Part shown: in pieces, positions 1 through 12,970 of the stretch
Layout: each line of letters starts with the position of its first letter
Numbering within the stretch: position 1 is the first letter of the stretch
NCBI GenBank assembly: GCA_016748015.1
Contig: JAAOMT010000226.1
Span: forward strand, 1,160,604 to 1,224,603
Reading direction: 5' to 3'
Origin: Geosiphon pyriformis uo1
Lineage: Eukaryota; Fungi; Glomeromycota
DNA length: 64,000 nt
Program-made: the position numbers and the translations under genes
Notes under the pieces: generated by a model
What the model was told of the DNA's origin: nothing
Database searches by the model: none
Seen by the model: only the letters and a program-made list of their open reading frames with translations

Positions 1-2960
1 GCTGGAGATTGGCTAATAAACAACTATTGCTGATTTCCAGTTTTGAGTGACTCTCAATTTGGGATTTTCTGATGTCATTTGAGCTGGATTTAGTGGCGGT
101 GTTTAAAGTTGCTGTGGTTGATAATTTACTGGTGGCTGTGATTGATATATGACTTGCAGCTGCAGTTAATAAATTGACAGTTAATATACAGGTGGTTAAT
201 ACATTGGCTGTTGCATCAGTAACAGGTAAGTTGGTTGATATGAAGCTGAGTTTGATTGATAGTTTGGAGTTTAAAACCAGTAATCAGGATTTTGATATTG
301 ATTTCCCAATTGTTAGTTATTTAAACATTGGCAGCAGTCAATTTGCAAGTGTTCTTGTTTACCACAATAATGGCAAGTGTGCATTTTTTGTTGTCACTAT
401 TGATTGGTTGATAATGCTAGATGTGGTTAATTTTGGAAACAATTGAAGTTTCTTTGGTTGCTGCATCATTGTGGTGGTTGATAGATTGCCTGATTGTTGT
501 TAGCTAAGTATTTTTTTAATTTTTGATTGATCAAATCATTGAATTGCTTCAATTTGGAATCCAAGTCAGATGATCTATTTATTACTAGATTTACTGCTTG
601 GATGTGGTTAGCTTTAAGCTCAGCTGTTTCAAAATCTCTGGCATTTGTAATGGTGGCTTGAAGATCTGTTGGATGCATTGGACATATGTGTTAGAAAATG
701 CTACTGCACAGATCTCTAATAAATTGGTTTAAGGTTTGTGGTCCCATAAAATAATCAGCCTGTATTGCCTGGATTTGGTGCAAATTTCTGTGGAAGCATT
801 CCAAGTAAGTAGTGACTGCTTTTGTGTCTCCTTGTTTAATAGTGGTAAAGGTATTTGTTAGCTAATTAATACTATTATTATTGTTAAACTATTGTAGGAA
901 TGCAAGTTTGAATGCATTGAAATTCTGAAGTTTGTTGGCTAAGCTTTGATATCATGAGTCAGTGGTATTCTAGAAAAAATATGGAATGGCTTGCATGACT
1001 CTGGTGTTATTCCATCTATTGGCTTTGATGGCTTTTTCAACATTATTTAGCCACACTTGGGTGTCATTTTCTTTGTCGGTGAATTTTTTAATCTTGGCTA
1101 TTGGTGCTTATGCCATTTGTTGTTATAGTTGTGGTGGTTGTTGGAGTGATTGCTGCAATTGTTGTTGAGGTAGTAATTGTGGCTGTTGCTGTTGTTGTTT
1201 GTCAATTGGTGGAACTAGTAATGGATTGATCATGATTTTCGGAAGTAAGTTTTTTTAAGTAATAATATCAGGGTTTTGATTATTCTGATTTTTCGGAGTT
1301 TGATTAACCAGAGTTTCAATTTCTAAATTTTCTAGAATCAGGTTTTGTTTGCTAATTTCCTGATTACTACCTTTTTTTTCTTCAGAGTCAGTTATTTTTT
1401 AAGAATTAATGGCTCCAAAATCTGGTTGTGGTGGAGGTAATTAAATTCCTGATGGTGTTGGGAATTGCGATTTGAATTCTTCAAAGTAATCACTGTATGT
1501 TCCTAATAATTCTGTTTTTTTTTGTTTGCTTTAAAATGGAATTCTGTTTAGTGGTGCTATTTTGCTTGCTGTAGCTGTGTTTATTATATTGATAGTACTT
1601 CTGGGTATGTAGTGGTATGATGGATTAGCAAGTAAATCAAATCTTTGTTTTTTCCAAGTGGGTAATTGGATTTGCTTTGGTGTTCTTGCTAGTGTTTGTA
1701 ACCTTCCTTTTCTTTTATTGGCAAAAGTGATAGGAAATCTCTGCTTGGTGTATTTTTCAATTTTCTTGTTTATTTCTGTGATTAAGAGTGCAAATAAGTA
1801 GTTTTGTAGAAGGGTGGTGCTTTGGAGTAGTTTACTGAAGAAATTGTTAAAAGTAGATTCTGGATCTTTTTAGTCTTCTAAGTGATATACTATTCTTTCA
1901 TTGACATAGTAATTGAAAGCTGATTCTGTTGGCCAACTATTATTTGTTAATCCAAGATAAGTGTAATAGTGTTAGAATAAAGATTTTGCAAATCCCAAAT
2001 GATTTGTGCCTGTTTTTTTGAATTCTGTTACTGTTTCGAATGGGTGTTTGTTAGTGCTAGTTTTTCTGTAGAATTATACTTCACAGGGAGCACCAAATGT
2101 TACAAATGATTATTTGGGGTCTCAAGCAAATAACAAATCCGTAACTTGGTGCTCAATTGATATAGTGGTATTAATAATGTTGGTTTCTGAAGATTTTGAG
2201 TTGGAGTTCTTTGTATAATGGACAGAAATTTGGCAGTAATGATAATAGTTTTTTGGAATTGTAGTTTTTGCCCAATTTTTTTCTCAGCTTAGTGGCCAGA
2301 TTTATTCTGACAGTTGTGCTTTTCTAATAAGCTATCTGTTAATATATATGTAATTCTACCCTTATTTCTGGGTCTTTTACTAGGCTATCCTTGACATCAA
2401 TAATTCAGTACTTAATCTTCAATTAATTAATAAAACCCAAAAAAATAACAAGAGAAAATAAAAGAAGATAAAAAAATAAGCTAAGACAATTGCAAGTTAG
2501 TATTCTATCAATAGCCATAATCAAAAGTTATTGTTCCAGTATGGTTAAGTATTAATTACTATCAACATGAAGTATTGATAGTAAAGAGTAAATTAAGATA
2601 GTGAATAATTATTTATTGATATTTGTAATATAAAAGGTTGCTTAGATCAAATCTAAACTAAGAGGTCTGTCCTTTTTTTTTTTTAATACTACCACTATAT
2701 ATACATAATTGATGTTCTATGAGATTGCTCACATTCTTGAATGATATGCTATGATTTCTTAAGCAATGTGCTCTAATTTTTTAATATTGCTCCACATTGC
2801 TAAGCAATATGCCATAATTTCTAACATTGCTCCATATTGCTGAACAATGTGCCATAATTTTTGATATTGTTTTATATTGCTAAACAATGTGCTCATATGT
2901 TAACTAATACTCTCTTATTGGTTTACTATTTTCTATATCTGGTTTCTTTTATGAGTAATA
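1..2960 (-). mobile_element. Ty3/Gypsy LTR retrotransposon E, 5' part (5' LTR, PBS, degenerate gag); continues beyond the window start
   Basis: LTR 2960-2098 ends in GTAACA and is followed by PBS TT-TGGTGCTCCCTGTGAAG. Capsid starts MA*APIAKIKKFT at ATG 1116-1114. ORF 466-678 (MHPTDLQATITNARDFETAELKANH) is homologous to gag of element A. Many in-frame stops. Confidence 0.92.
2098..2960 (-). repeat. 5' LTR of element E
   Basis: Termini TATTACTCAT (decayed TGTTACTCAT) ... GTAACA. R/U5 portion aligns with the A-type LTRs. U3 holds ~39-bp tandem repeats at about 2740-2900. Confidence 0.9.
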
Positions 2961-4267
2961 ATACTATGTTTTTTTAATATGTATAATATTTTAAGTCATT
3001 TATTTAAACATTAATCTTTTGACTTACAAGTTTTAAGTTAATTTTTATATTATTTTTTGTGTTTTTTAGTTTATTTTAAAGTTAGTTTTATTAAAAATTT
3101 TTTTGTTGGTGTGGTTTATGTTTTTTATAAATATGATTTATCTTTGTTAATTTTTTGTGTTCAATATTTTGTTTTTAAGATAAAATTTTAATGTTAGTGG
3201 TTTTAAGTAATTCTATCTTTTTTGAGATTTTTTATTTATTTAAATGGTTTAATGTTGTCTTTGTTAAACAGTTACATAATAAAAAAATAATATCTTTAAC
3301 TGAAAAATTTTTAAACATTAAAAAAAATTAGACTTTTATGGCTCTGTTTTTAATTGGTTTAATTCTGTTATTAAGTTTTTGATTAGTTCAAAATTTTACT
3401 TTGTTAGCTTATCTTTAGTTATTAAATCTTAGTTTTTAGATGTTTTAATTTTTATAAATTTGGTTTGGTTTATAACTAACTGTTTAATATTAATGTAATT
3501 TATTTCTTTGTTTATATTAACAGCTATTTAAACAATCTAAGTATTACTAATATAAGAACTAATACTACTGTTTTTTTTGAAAATATGAATTTAAAATTAG
3601 ATATTAAAGTGTTTGAATTGGTTTTTTCTATTATATTTAAGCTATAAGCTATTGTATTTATTTTAGAATGTGTTTTTTTTTCTGTATAATTAATTTATTT
3701 TTTAATAGCCAAGCAGTTTTAAATATATATGATTTGAAATTAAATTTGGTTTTATTAGACTTTTGTAACTATTGTTAAATTAAATACCAATATATTATAA
3801 ATATTGTTTAAAAAAAAATTTACATGTTAATTAGCACAAAATTAAAAACTATTTGGATATTTTAAACAATAAAAAAACTTATTTATTGGCTAATGTAGTT
3901 TTATTTTTAGATATAGTGTTTTTGGTTATGTATAAAAATATTTTATTAAAGTTAATAGTAAAATAATTTCGAAAAATACAAAGCATTTTGTTTATAGAGT
4001 TTTTTAGACAATCTATTTTGTTTATTAAAAAGTCAAATTTAAATTTAAAGTTTTAAAACCTAGTTTACTTGAAAATATAGATTAAATTAAATTTTTACAG
4101 ATATAACATCTTAATTTACATATGTTAGCTAAATTTATAAGCAGAGTTTTAGTTGAAACATATTCTTATTTTATGAAAGCTTTATATTATAAACTATTAA
4201 TAACTATATATAAATTTTTATATAATAGACATTATTGTAATGTTGTATGTTTGTTTTGTAAAAATGT
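2961..4267 (+). mobile_element. LINE relic 1, ORF2 RNase H region (left piece; interrupted by E and C)
   Basis: From ~3510 it reads VYINSYLNNLS...VFFENMNLKLDIKVFELVFSIIFKL*AIVFILECV, matching the RNase H of LINE relic 2 (ORF at 41723). It ends in CLFCKNV, which continues after element C. Confidence 0.8.
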
Positions 4268-5266
4268 TGTTATGGATACTCTTATAGGATATTGTGGTAA
4301 TGTTTTATGCTCTAAATTTGAATAAAAAGAGTCTAAAGATCTTTATTTTAAATATTTAAAATAAGTTATTAATATTAGTTTTTGAAAATTTTTACTAATT
4401 TTATTTATAAAGTTCTTTGGTTATAAAATACAAAAAAGTATTTTGGCTGTTTGTGGTTTAAGTATGTAAGCTATTTTCTCAAAACTAGTTAAGTGCAATT
4501 ATTAGAGTCTAGCAGTGTCTTTTTATCTTTTTAACAAGCTAAAAAAATTATATTAATATTAAATTCTAAAGAAAGCTTTATTTTTTTACCAGGCTATTAC
4601 AAAGTTTATTTTTAGACAGTTGATTTTACAATGTTGTTACTTTCCAAATATAAAAAAAAATAAAAATAAAAATAAAAAATAAAATAAAATAAAATAAAAA
4701 TAAAATAAAAATAAAAAATTTAGTATCATTAATTACCATGATCAAGAGTAATTGGTCCAAATTATTATTGTTTAAGGCAATTTTATGCTAAGAGTATCTG
4801 GCCAAAAACAAAGATAAAAAAATAATTAATTTAGTTTAAATATAAAATTCATGAATTATATATGTGGTTTTTGGTTTTTAAATATTTTTTTTATTTAATA
4901 TAATATAGATATATAGGTAAAATGAATTTAAAAAAACTAGATAAAAAAATATATTTTGTATTTTTTTTTTTGTTTGTTCTTTTTTTTTTTTGCTAAAACT
5001 ACTTATTTTTATACATATTTTTAGCTTTACAAGATTGTTTTTAATTACTTGTTATTATTAACTATTGCTTACTATTTTTGTTGTTGCTTTATTTTTTTTA
5101 TATTATAACTAGTTATTCTATGTTATGACTAGTTATTTCATATTATCTTAAGTTATAATGTGTTATTTTGTGTTATTTTGTGTTATTAAATTTTTTTTAA
5201 GTTATTACATTTTTAATTATGTTTTTTTTTAATATTTCTTGAATTGGTTTTTTTATTTAAATAATA
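4268..5266 (-). repeat. 3' LTR of element C
   Basis: Colinear with 34248-35219. Preceded on the minus strand by GGAGCTTAATTTTAAAAAAGAAGAATAA (PPT). Confidence 0.9.
4650..4716. repeat. (TAAAA/TAAAAA)n microsatellite inside the C 3' LTR
   Basis: Directly visible; longer than the equivalent A-tract in the 5' LTR (~34627-34665). Confidence 0.9.
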
Positions 5267-5289
5267 TTATTCTTCTTTTTTAAAATTAA

Positions 5290-5915
5290 GCTCCTATAAG
5301 ATTATATGTATTTGTAAAAATTGTTTCTTTGGTATTATGTTCAATTGTTGTGTCAAGTATTGTTTTTTGTAGATTTTCAAACTGTATATTTGTTATTTGT
5401 CTTATGTTGTTAACTATAATAGACTTTAATGAACTGTTTAATAATATTGCTGAACAATTTTTGAATATTAAATACAGTTAGTATGTTACTTTGTAATGTA
5501 GTATTAGGTTATTTTTTTTGATGAATTTTTCTATTTGTTTAAAAACTTCTCTGTTGAATATTTATTTGTTGGTATTTATGTATGATATCTGTAGGTCTAG
5601 TTTTTTACCAATTTTGAAAAATTAATATATTAGTAGAAGTTTTTTAGTATTTATTCTTCTGTTATTGGTTTTAAATTTCTTTAATTTTTTCAAGTTTTGC
5701 ATAACATATATATTTTTTCTTTTTCTTAATTGTTTATAAGAATAAAAACATTTATTTTTAATTAAACTCTTGTCTATTTTTTTTTGTATAAATTTCTGTA
5801 TTATATCTTTTTTTTATTAATTGTAATTTTTATTGGTATTGTGAATTGTTGAATTGTTTCAAATAGTTGTTTTAAAAGTTTTAGAATTCAATCTAAAAGA
5901 TCTATATTGAGAGTT
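5290..5915 (-). pseudogene. ORF3 relic of element C (unknown function)
   Basis: Reads LLKQLFETIQQFTIPIKITIN ... IY*FFKIGKKL ... IQKLF ... IRQITNIQF, colinear with ORF3 of B. Ends approximate. Confidence 0.65.
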
Positions 5916-5989
5916 TTATTATCTTTTTTTTGTTGTTTTAATCTTTATATATACTTAAATTTTCAATTTATTTAATCATGTATTAATTA

Positions 5990-7321
5990 TATTTCAATAA
6001 TAATAATTGGTTTCAGATCTTGTAGTATATTTTCTGATCTGATTAATAGAATGTGTGTTTTTAGTTAAGATACAAATAGCAGTAACTTTTGATTAGTATG
6101 ATAAATTTTCAGTTAATTTTCATGTACTACTTTTTTTAAAATTTTGTTTTTTAATTGTAATTTGTAAGCTTTATTGTTTAAAACTTTGTATATATAAAAT
6201 AGTTTATTTTATTTTGGGTCAAACTTTTTACTTTATTGTTTTTTAGCTTTAGTACAATATAATAATACTTTGTTTCCAATCTTAAATTTAACTGATTGGT
6301 TAGATAGATAATTGTTATGTTTTTTTTTGTTGTTTCTGAGTGTTACTAATATTGTTAGCTGTTGTTTTATAATTGTTTTCTAATGTTTTCATAAGCTAAT
6401 ATGTTTTTTGGTACAATATAGCTTCAAAATTTTTTTTAGTAATTGTTTCTGTTAGAAAAAAAAATAATTTTCATTTAATAGATAGGGTGGTTTTTCTTTT
6501 ATAAACTAATTTAAATAATGTGAACTAGGTAATATTTTGTTTTAATGTTCAGTATATATATAATACAAAAGATATAAATGAGTTCTATTTTTGTATATTT
6601 TCATAACTTATTTTTGCTAATGTTTTATACAATATTTGGTTAAATTTTTTTATCAGTCTATTTGTTTGTAAGTAGTAAGGTGAAGATAAAAGTTATTTTA
6701 TAATCCAAATTATTGGCTTAATTTAGTTAATATGCTATTAATAAAATAAATTTCTTGGTTAAATAACAATTTTTTAAACATTTATGTTGACAAATCAGAT
6801 CTTGATGCACAAATTTGGTTACTGTTTAAATATTGGCTACTTGAATAGTTCTGGTTTTACAATTACAATAATATAATAATTTTTTTTAGATGTAATTAAG
6901 AAAAGACCAACCAAATTGATTCTAATTTTATTAAATGAATTTTCAACTGAAATGGGTCAAAGTAGTTCTATGGTTCTGGCTTTTTTTCTTTATTAGCATA
7001 AGTTATAGTTGATAATATATTCAAAAATATCCTTATACATTATTAGCCAATAGTATAGATTTATTGTCTTTTCTAAAATAGTATTTTTGTTAAAGTATTC
7101 TACAGTTGGATTAGAATGCATATTATACAAAATGGTTTTTTTTTTATGACTTATTGTAAGATAGTACAGTTTTGGTATTTTCAATGATATAGTTAGTTGT
7201 TCTGAATAAAGTAATTATGAGCTTGTTTCTATATAACACTTTGTTTTTGTTGACATAATTTTTTCTTGAACTGCAATGTTAATAGATATTGGTATAATTG
7301 CTAGTAAGTGGTTATATTCAT
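5990..7321 (-). pseudogene. Integrase ORF of element C (separate ORF)
   Basis: ATG 7321-7319 (MNITTY*QLYQYL) lies 10 nt after the RNase H stop TGA (7334-7332). ORF 6993-7184 has ILYNMHSNPT of the HHCC region. Ends DLKPIIIEI*. Confidence 0.85.
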
Positions 7322-7843
7322 AGATCTGAAATCAGATTTGTATTATTTTTAACAAACTGTTAGCATTGGTATTCTTGGCTCTTTTTTTATAATATATTTT
7401 GTATGAAAATTGTTGCAGATAAGTACTTTATTGTGCATATATTTTTTTTAGCTATGACTTGCTAAATAATCAAATAAGTTTTTTGTAATCTGTATATAAA
7501 TTAAATAATTGGCAAAGATAATGTCTCCAATTTTGTATTATTCAATAAATAGTAAGATATTTCAAATCTGTTGTGTTGTATATTTTCTCTGCTGTATTAG
7601 TATTGTAACTGATATAAGTGATTAAATGTTCTCAATTGTTCAGTTTAATTTGAGACAAAATAACTTCTAGTGCATTTTTCGAAGTGTTTATAGCAATAAT
7701 AAAGCATTTATTAAAGTCTAAATAAATTAATATTGATGCTTCTATTAGATATTGTTTAAAATAATTAAAAGTTTCTTGCTGTTTTTTTCTCTATAGATAC
7801 AGAACATGTTTTAACAGCAAATAATGGAATGGTTTTGTGATGT

Positions 7844-8710
7844 TGTTACTCATAAAATATAAGAAATATATATTAGCATAAATTAGCCAATCAAAAGTAG
7901 CTGTAGTAAATGTGGAATTCCAGAATTTCTCTCATGAGGAATCACAGAATTCCAAGAATTTTAGGATTCTTGTACAAGGAATTGCAGGATTCCAGAATTC
8001 CAGGATTTTTCTCAAGAGGAATTGCAGAATTCCAGGAATTCCAAGATTCCTGGTATGAAAAATTGAGAAATTGAAGAATCTCAACTATGTATATATAGCA
8101 GTAGTGCTAGAAATAGAAAAGACAGAATCTTTTAGCTAAAGACCTCCTAGTTTAGATCTGATCTAAACAATCTTTCATTCACAAATATTAATAAATAATT
8201 ATTTACTATCTTAATTCACTCTTCACTATCAACACTTCATGTTGATAGTAATTGATACTTAACCACACTAGAACAATAGCTCTTGATTACAGCTATTGAC
8301 GGGATAGTAATTTGCAATTGCTGTTGTTTATTTATTTTATCTTCTGTTATTTTTTTTTATTTTTTTTGTATTTCTTTTTGGTTGACTAATTGATTAAGGA
8401 TTAAAGTGCTAAGTTACAGACATCATAGGAACTGGTAAAAAACCCATAAAACAAGAGTAGAACACTCATAGATTTAAGGATAGCTTACCAAGAGGATTAC
8501 TGGCCATCATGTTGAGAAAGAAATTTGATGGAATTGCAATTCCAAGAAACTATTAAAACAACTATTAAAATCTCTGTCCATTATATAAAAAACTCTACAC
8601 CAAAACCTTTAGAACAAACAAACTTTCAGATATCAACACCAGAATATTAGACTAGTACCAAGTTATGAGTTTGTTATTTGATTTGAGATTCCAAATAATT
8701 ACTTGTAACA
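7844..8710 (+). repeat. 5' LTR of element A
   Basis: TGTTAC...GTAACA. ~9-bp GGAATTCCA-type tandem repeats at 7914-8055, TATATATA at ~8090, AATAAA at ~8190, T-tract at ~8325-8380. Confidence 0.96.
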
Positions 8711-8712
8711 TT

Positions 8713-8729
8713 TAGTGCTCTCTGTGAGG
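8713..8729 (+). promoter_or_regulatory. Primer-binding site of A (consensus across copies TGGTGCTCYCCGTGAGG)
   Basis: 2 nt after the LTR. Complement of a tRNA 3' end ...CCTCAC-GGRGAGC-A-CCA. Similar sites follow the 5' LTRs of B, C, D and E. tRNA identity not certain (elongator Met or Ile(UAU)-like by recollection). Confidence 0.8.
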
Positions 8730-8772
8730 TATAATCTTACAGAAAACCAGCACCAACAACAATCATCCAAAA

Positions 8773-11700
8773 GTGACAGAATTAGAAATCATAGAAGCAA
8801 ATCATTTAGAATTTGTCAAATCTTTGTTTCAACAGTACAGTCAACAATTAGAATTAAACAATAACTATTTCCCAGTGGAATCAGCCTTTAACTTTTATGT
8901 CAACAATAAAATCACAGATTGCTTAGGAGAAACAGTTGACATTGAATTCACAAGAGAAAATTTCTATACAGAATTATTTCAATATATCAGCTTACCAAAA
9001 AACTACAGTTTCACACCAATCATCAGGAAAATTAATCAAACCATTGAAAGATACACACAACAACAATTCCTCATCACCTATGCAGACAAAGGCAAAGAAA
9101 GGTTGCAAACACCAGCAATAACACCAAAACAAATACAACCACTCACTTGGAAGAAAACCAGAGTTGAATTACCAACAAACCCATCATACCACTATACACC
9201 CAGAAGCACCATTAACATTTCATCAATAAGAGTGTTCACATCACATGCGACATCAACATTTGGATGACTTCTATTCCAAAGTAAACAAAAGAAAGCAGAA
9301 TTACTAAGAACCTACAGCAATTATTTTGAAGGATTTAAATCACAATTGCCAATGCCATCAGGATTTTGATCACTGCCATCTCAACCAGATTTTAGAAATA
9401 CGAGTTTCTGAGAGATAACGGAATCAGAAAAAAAAAAAAAAAAGAAGCCAAAGATCAAAAATTTACTTACCAGAACTCGATACCAGAAAATCTGAATATT
9501 GAAACTCTGAACATTCAGACTCAGCAAAATCCAAATTTAGAAAATCCAGAAATTAAAACTCCGAATTTTCAAACTCAGCAAAATTGGAATGATTAAAACC
9601 CTGAAACATTTAATTAGCAAAACTTATCTCCAGTAATCATCATTAACCTACTACCAGTTGCTCCATAACACCAACCACTGCCACAACCTCAAATTCAATT
9701 ACTATTTCTACTACCACAACAACCAAATATAAATCTAATGGCCTATGCCCCAATAGCAAAACTTGAAAAATTTACAGGAAAAGATGATGATGCCCAAGTG
9801 TGGCTGAATGATGTGGAAAAAGCCATCACAGTCAACAGATGGAACAACACTAGAGCACTTCAAACTATTCCCTATTTCTTGCAGGATATTGCCAACTCAT
9901 GGTATCAAAGTTTAGCCACCAAACCTCAAACATTCTAGGAATTCAGGGTTGCATTCTTAGAATATTTCAGTAATAATAACAGTATTAATTGCCTAGCCAA
10001 CACCTTCACCACAATTAAACAGAGAAAAACTGAAGCAGTTACCACTTACTTGGGATGTTTCCATAGGAATTTGTGCCAAATTCAAGCAATCCAAGCTGAT
10101 TATTTTACAGTGCCACAGATTTTAAACCAGTTCATCTGTGAACTGCATAGTAGCCTTCTCCAACGCGTATGTCCAATGCACCCACAAACTCTTCAAGATG
10201 CAGTTACCAATACAAGAGATTTTGAATTGGCAGAACTTGAAGCAAATCATGCCCAAGCCATCAACCTGGTCATGAATAGATCATCTGACTTGGATTCCAA
10301 ATTGAAACAGCTCAGTGATTCAATTAATCAGAAATTGGAAGGATACTTAGCTGACAATTATACAATTTATCAGCCACCTCAACAATGTAATAATTCTGGA
10401 AGCACAAATTGCCCACTAAATCAGTCACGTTTATCATCTTTGACCAATCAAACATGGCAGCAAAAGATGTGTATTTGCCACTATTGTGGTAAACAAAAAC
10501 ATTTGAGAATTAACTGTAGGTTAAGACTAGATAGCCAACAATCAGGAAATCAATATTAAAACTCCGACCACAGATTTCAGATCCTGAATTATCAATTAAA
10601 CACAGAACTGTATCAACTGAATTACCTACCTATGACGCAACAGCCATTCTATCAACCACCAATTTATCAGCTGACAATACTAGTAATTTATCAACCACAG
10701 TTTCAGCCTATCTATTAGCTGCAGCCTCAAGTAATCTATCAACCTCAACAAATTCAAACACTGCCACAAAACTTACCTTAAAATGAAACCCAAAGGCCAA
10801 GACTAATACAACAGAGCTGGAGATTGTCAATGATAGTCCATCAACTAATCCCCAGTTCTGCGAACCAGCCATTAGGATTTTGACAATAAAATTTAGGCAC
10901 TGGATATATTCAAAACCTGAATGCTTAACAGTATTTAAGTCTTCTGGTTACCCCAAAAGATGCCTCACCCAACAATTAGAAACCCAAACAGAAGCAGCTG
11001 CTTACCAGCAATATTTCACTAGCAATCATCTCCAATGATGAATTCTTAACAGCTATTTTTTCTTTTAAACTCAAAGAAATCACACCAGTTCTATTATTCA
11101 GTGGAGCTGCTCTTGACACCAAACTGATCACTGCCATGTACACTGACACAAAAGTTGATGGTTATGCCATCAAACTGATTCTAGACAGTAGATCAGCTGG
11201 CAGCATCATTACATGACAGCTCATGGACCAATTAGGTCACCAAGTTGATCGCGCTGTCAGTGCACACATAATCACTGCTGATAGAGCAACCAAAACTCCA
11301 ATTGGCAAGATTGATAACCTCCCTATAGAAGTCAATAACATCATTGTATCAATCAAAGCATTAGTTATAGAGGCTACCCAATATTAAGTGTTTATTGGTA
11401 ATGACTGGCTGTTTAAAGCCAATGCAATGCTTGATTGGAACACCTAAAAGCTCCAGATTAGTCAAAATAGTCAACACTTACATATTAGTCATGTGTGATC
11501 ACTTCAAGTCTATCACCACAACATCAGCTCCACTCATTAAGTTTGAAGAAAAAGAAAGGAAACCTATCTGAAAAGCCTACCAAGTTTCCTGGACTGACAT
11601 GGAACACAACAAATTATTGCCAATACTATCATGGAATGACAAAGAAAAGGAAAGAAGAAAAGAAAAACTTACTGGGGAAACTGACCAAAGTTATTGGGAC

Positions 11701-11943
11701 AGTAATAATCAAGGTAAGCAAGCACTGATTTGGACTTATGAAGAGAAGAGAAAAGGGAAAGAAGAAGAACTAGAACCAGTTACTACCATAACATATACCC
11801 CATATACTTATTTTTAACCATCACAATCACATTATCATCGACCAAAACTCATATGCATCGATTGTGACAAGAAATTGTCATCAATGGGCATATGCTGTGG
11901 CAATAATAAAAAATATCTAATGGCAACTAAATTTTATTGCTGC
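8773..11943 (+). pseudogene. gag-pol: Element A ORF1, 5' half: N-terminal extension, capsid (ATG 9738), CCHC knuckle, aspartic protease, start of Cys-rich domain
   Basis: MAYAPIAKLEKFTGKDDDAQVWL; CHYCGKQKHLRINC; KLILDSRSAGSIIT at ~11170-11210; stops and frameshifts. Confidence 0.92.
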
Positions 11944-12925
11944 TGTTACCAGACAAAATTAGAGATATCATTGAGCATGAAACTATCTTATAATTCTTAT
12001 CATTAATAAGCATATATTATTATTTCAAATTATCACTTATTATATTAGCAAAAATGTCCAAAATTATCATTTAATTAATAACCCAAATTGTACACAACAC
12101 AAATGTAACCTAATTGTGATGATCAATCATGCAATACCCCAAACTATGTAACATTCAAAAGTTTGTTGAAATTTATAGAAATTCGCCGAAATAATTGATA
12201 GTTCACTGAAATATCTAATAGTTCACAGAAATAACTTGTAGTTCACCGAAATGTATTTTTAGTTCAGCGAAATTGTAGAAAATAGCAAAGTTCAAGTTCA
12301 TAGAATAGTGTTACGACAAGTTGTATAAAAAGAAGAGCTTCTTTCTTTAAGAAAATGTATCTTACTTTAGATTTATCACTTAGAATCATTCCTACATACA
12401 CAAAAAAAAATAAATATCAAATAATTCGAAAAACCAAATTCTTTAATTATTGCACTTGGAAAATCCTCAAAACCCAACTAAAGTTTTGAAATTGATTAGC
12501 TACCAATTTCAATAATCTGTTAGTGACTCCAAGCCTGGATTGAAAACGTTTCCCTTGACAGAATTTTATTTCTTTTACATCTTTTTATTTTTTATTTTTT
12601 ATTTTTCTTACTATAATCATTAGGGTAGCCTACAGACAAGATTTCTGTAGAAGAGTTGACTTTCACAGCAAAGTAACTATATATTTTAGTAAGCTTCCAG
12701 ACAAGCAATTCCTGGGAAAGAGTTGACATTTACTATAATATAGCTACATAAAGTAACTGGCATGGAATTGGCCATTCCACTTATAAGCCCAGCAATTCAA
12801 ATTATAAGAGATAATTTGAAGATAAATTCAGTTACTAGAGGTTCAACCACATCTAGAAAACGTGAATTCACAGCAAACAAGCATCAACAACATTTAAGAA
12901 AAGAGACCAAAAACCTCCAGTAACA
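11944..12925 (+). repeat. 5' LTR of element B
   Basis: TGTTAC...GTAACA. ~19-20-bp AGTTCRCCGAAAT-type tandem repeats at ~12160-12275. TATAAAA at ~12324. Confidence 0.98.
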
Positions 12926-12970
12926 TTTGGTGCTCTCCCATGGAAATAACACAACAACAACAAATTCAAA

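Noticed and set aside
7840-7843. Strict CpG-centred target preference
   Set aside because: Some TSDs could derive from NCGN, but G (CCAG, host Asp-Gln codons) does not; only a YR centre is supported.
8509-8772. Gag starting at an LTR ATG (8509 or 8665) in frame with 8773
   Set aside because: In-frame TGA inside the PBS plus other stops; the ATG at 8665 is absent from the 3' LTR and 8509 is absent in E and G.
12160-12275. CRISPR-like array (also 7914-8055 and 2740-2900)
   Set aside because: Short degenerate tandem units without unique spacers, inside LTRs, in a eukaryotic context.
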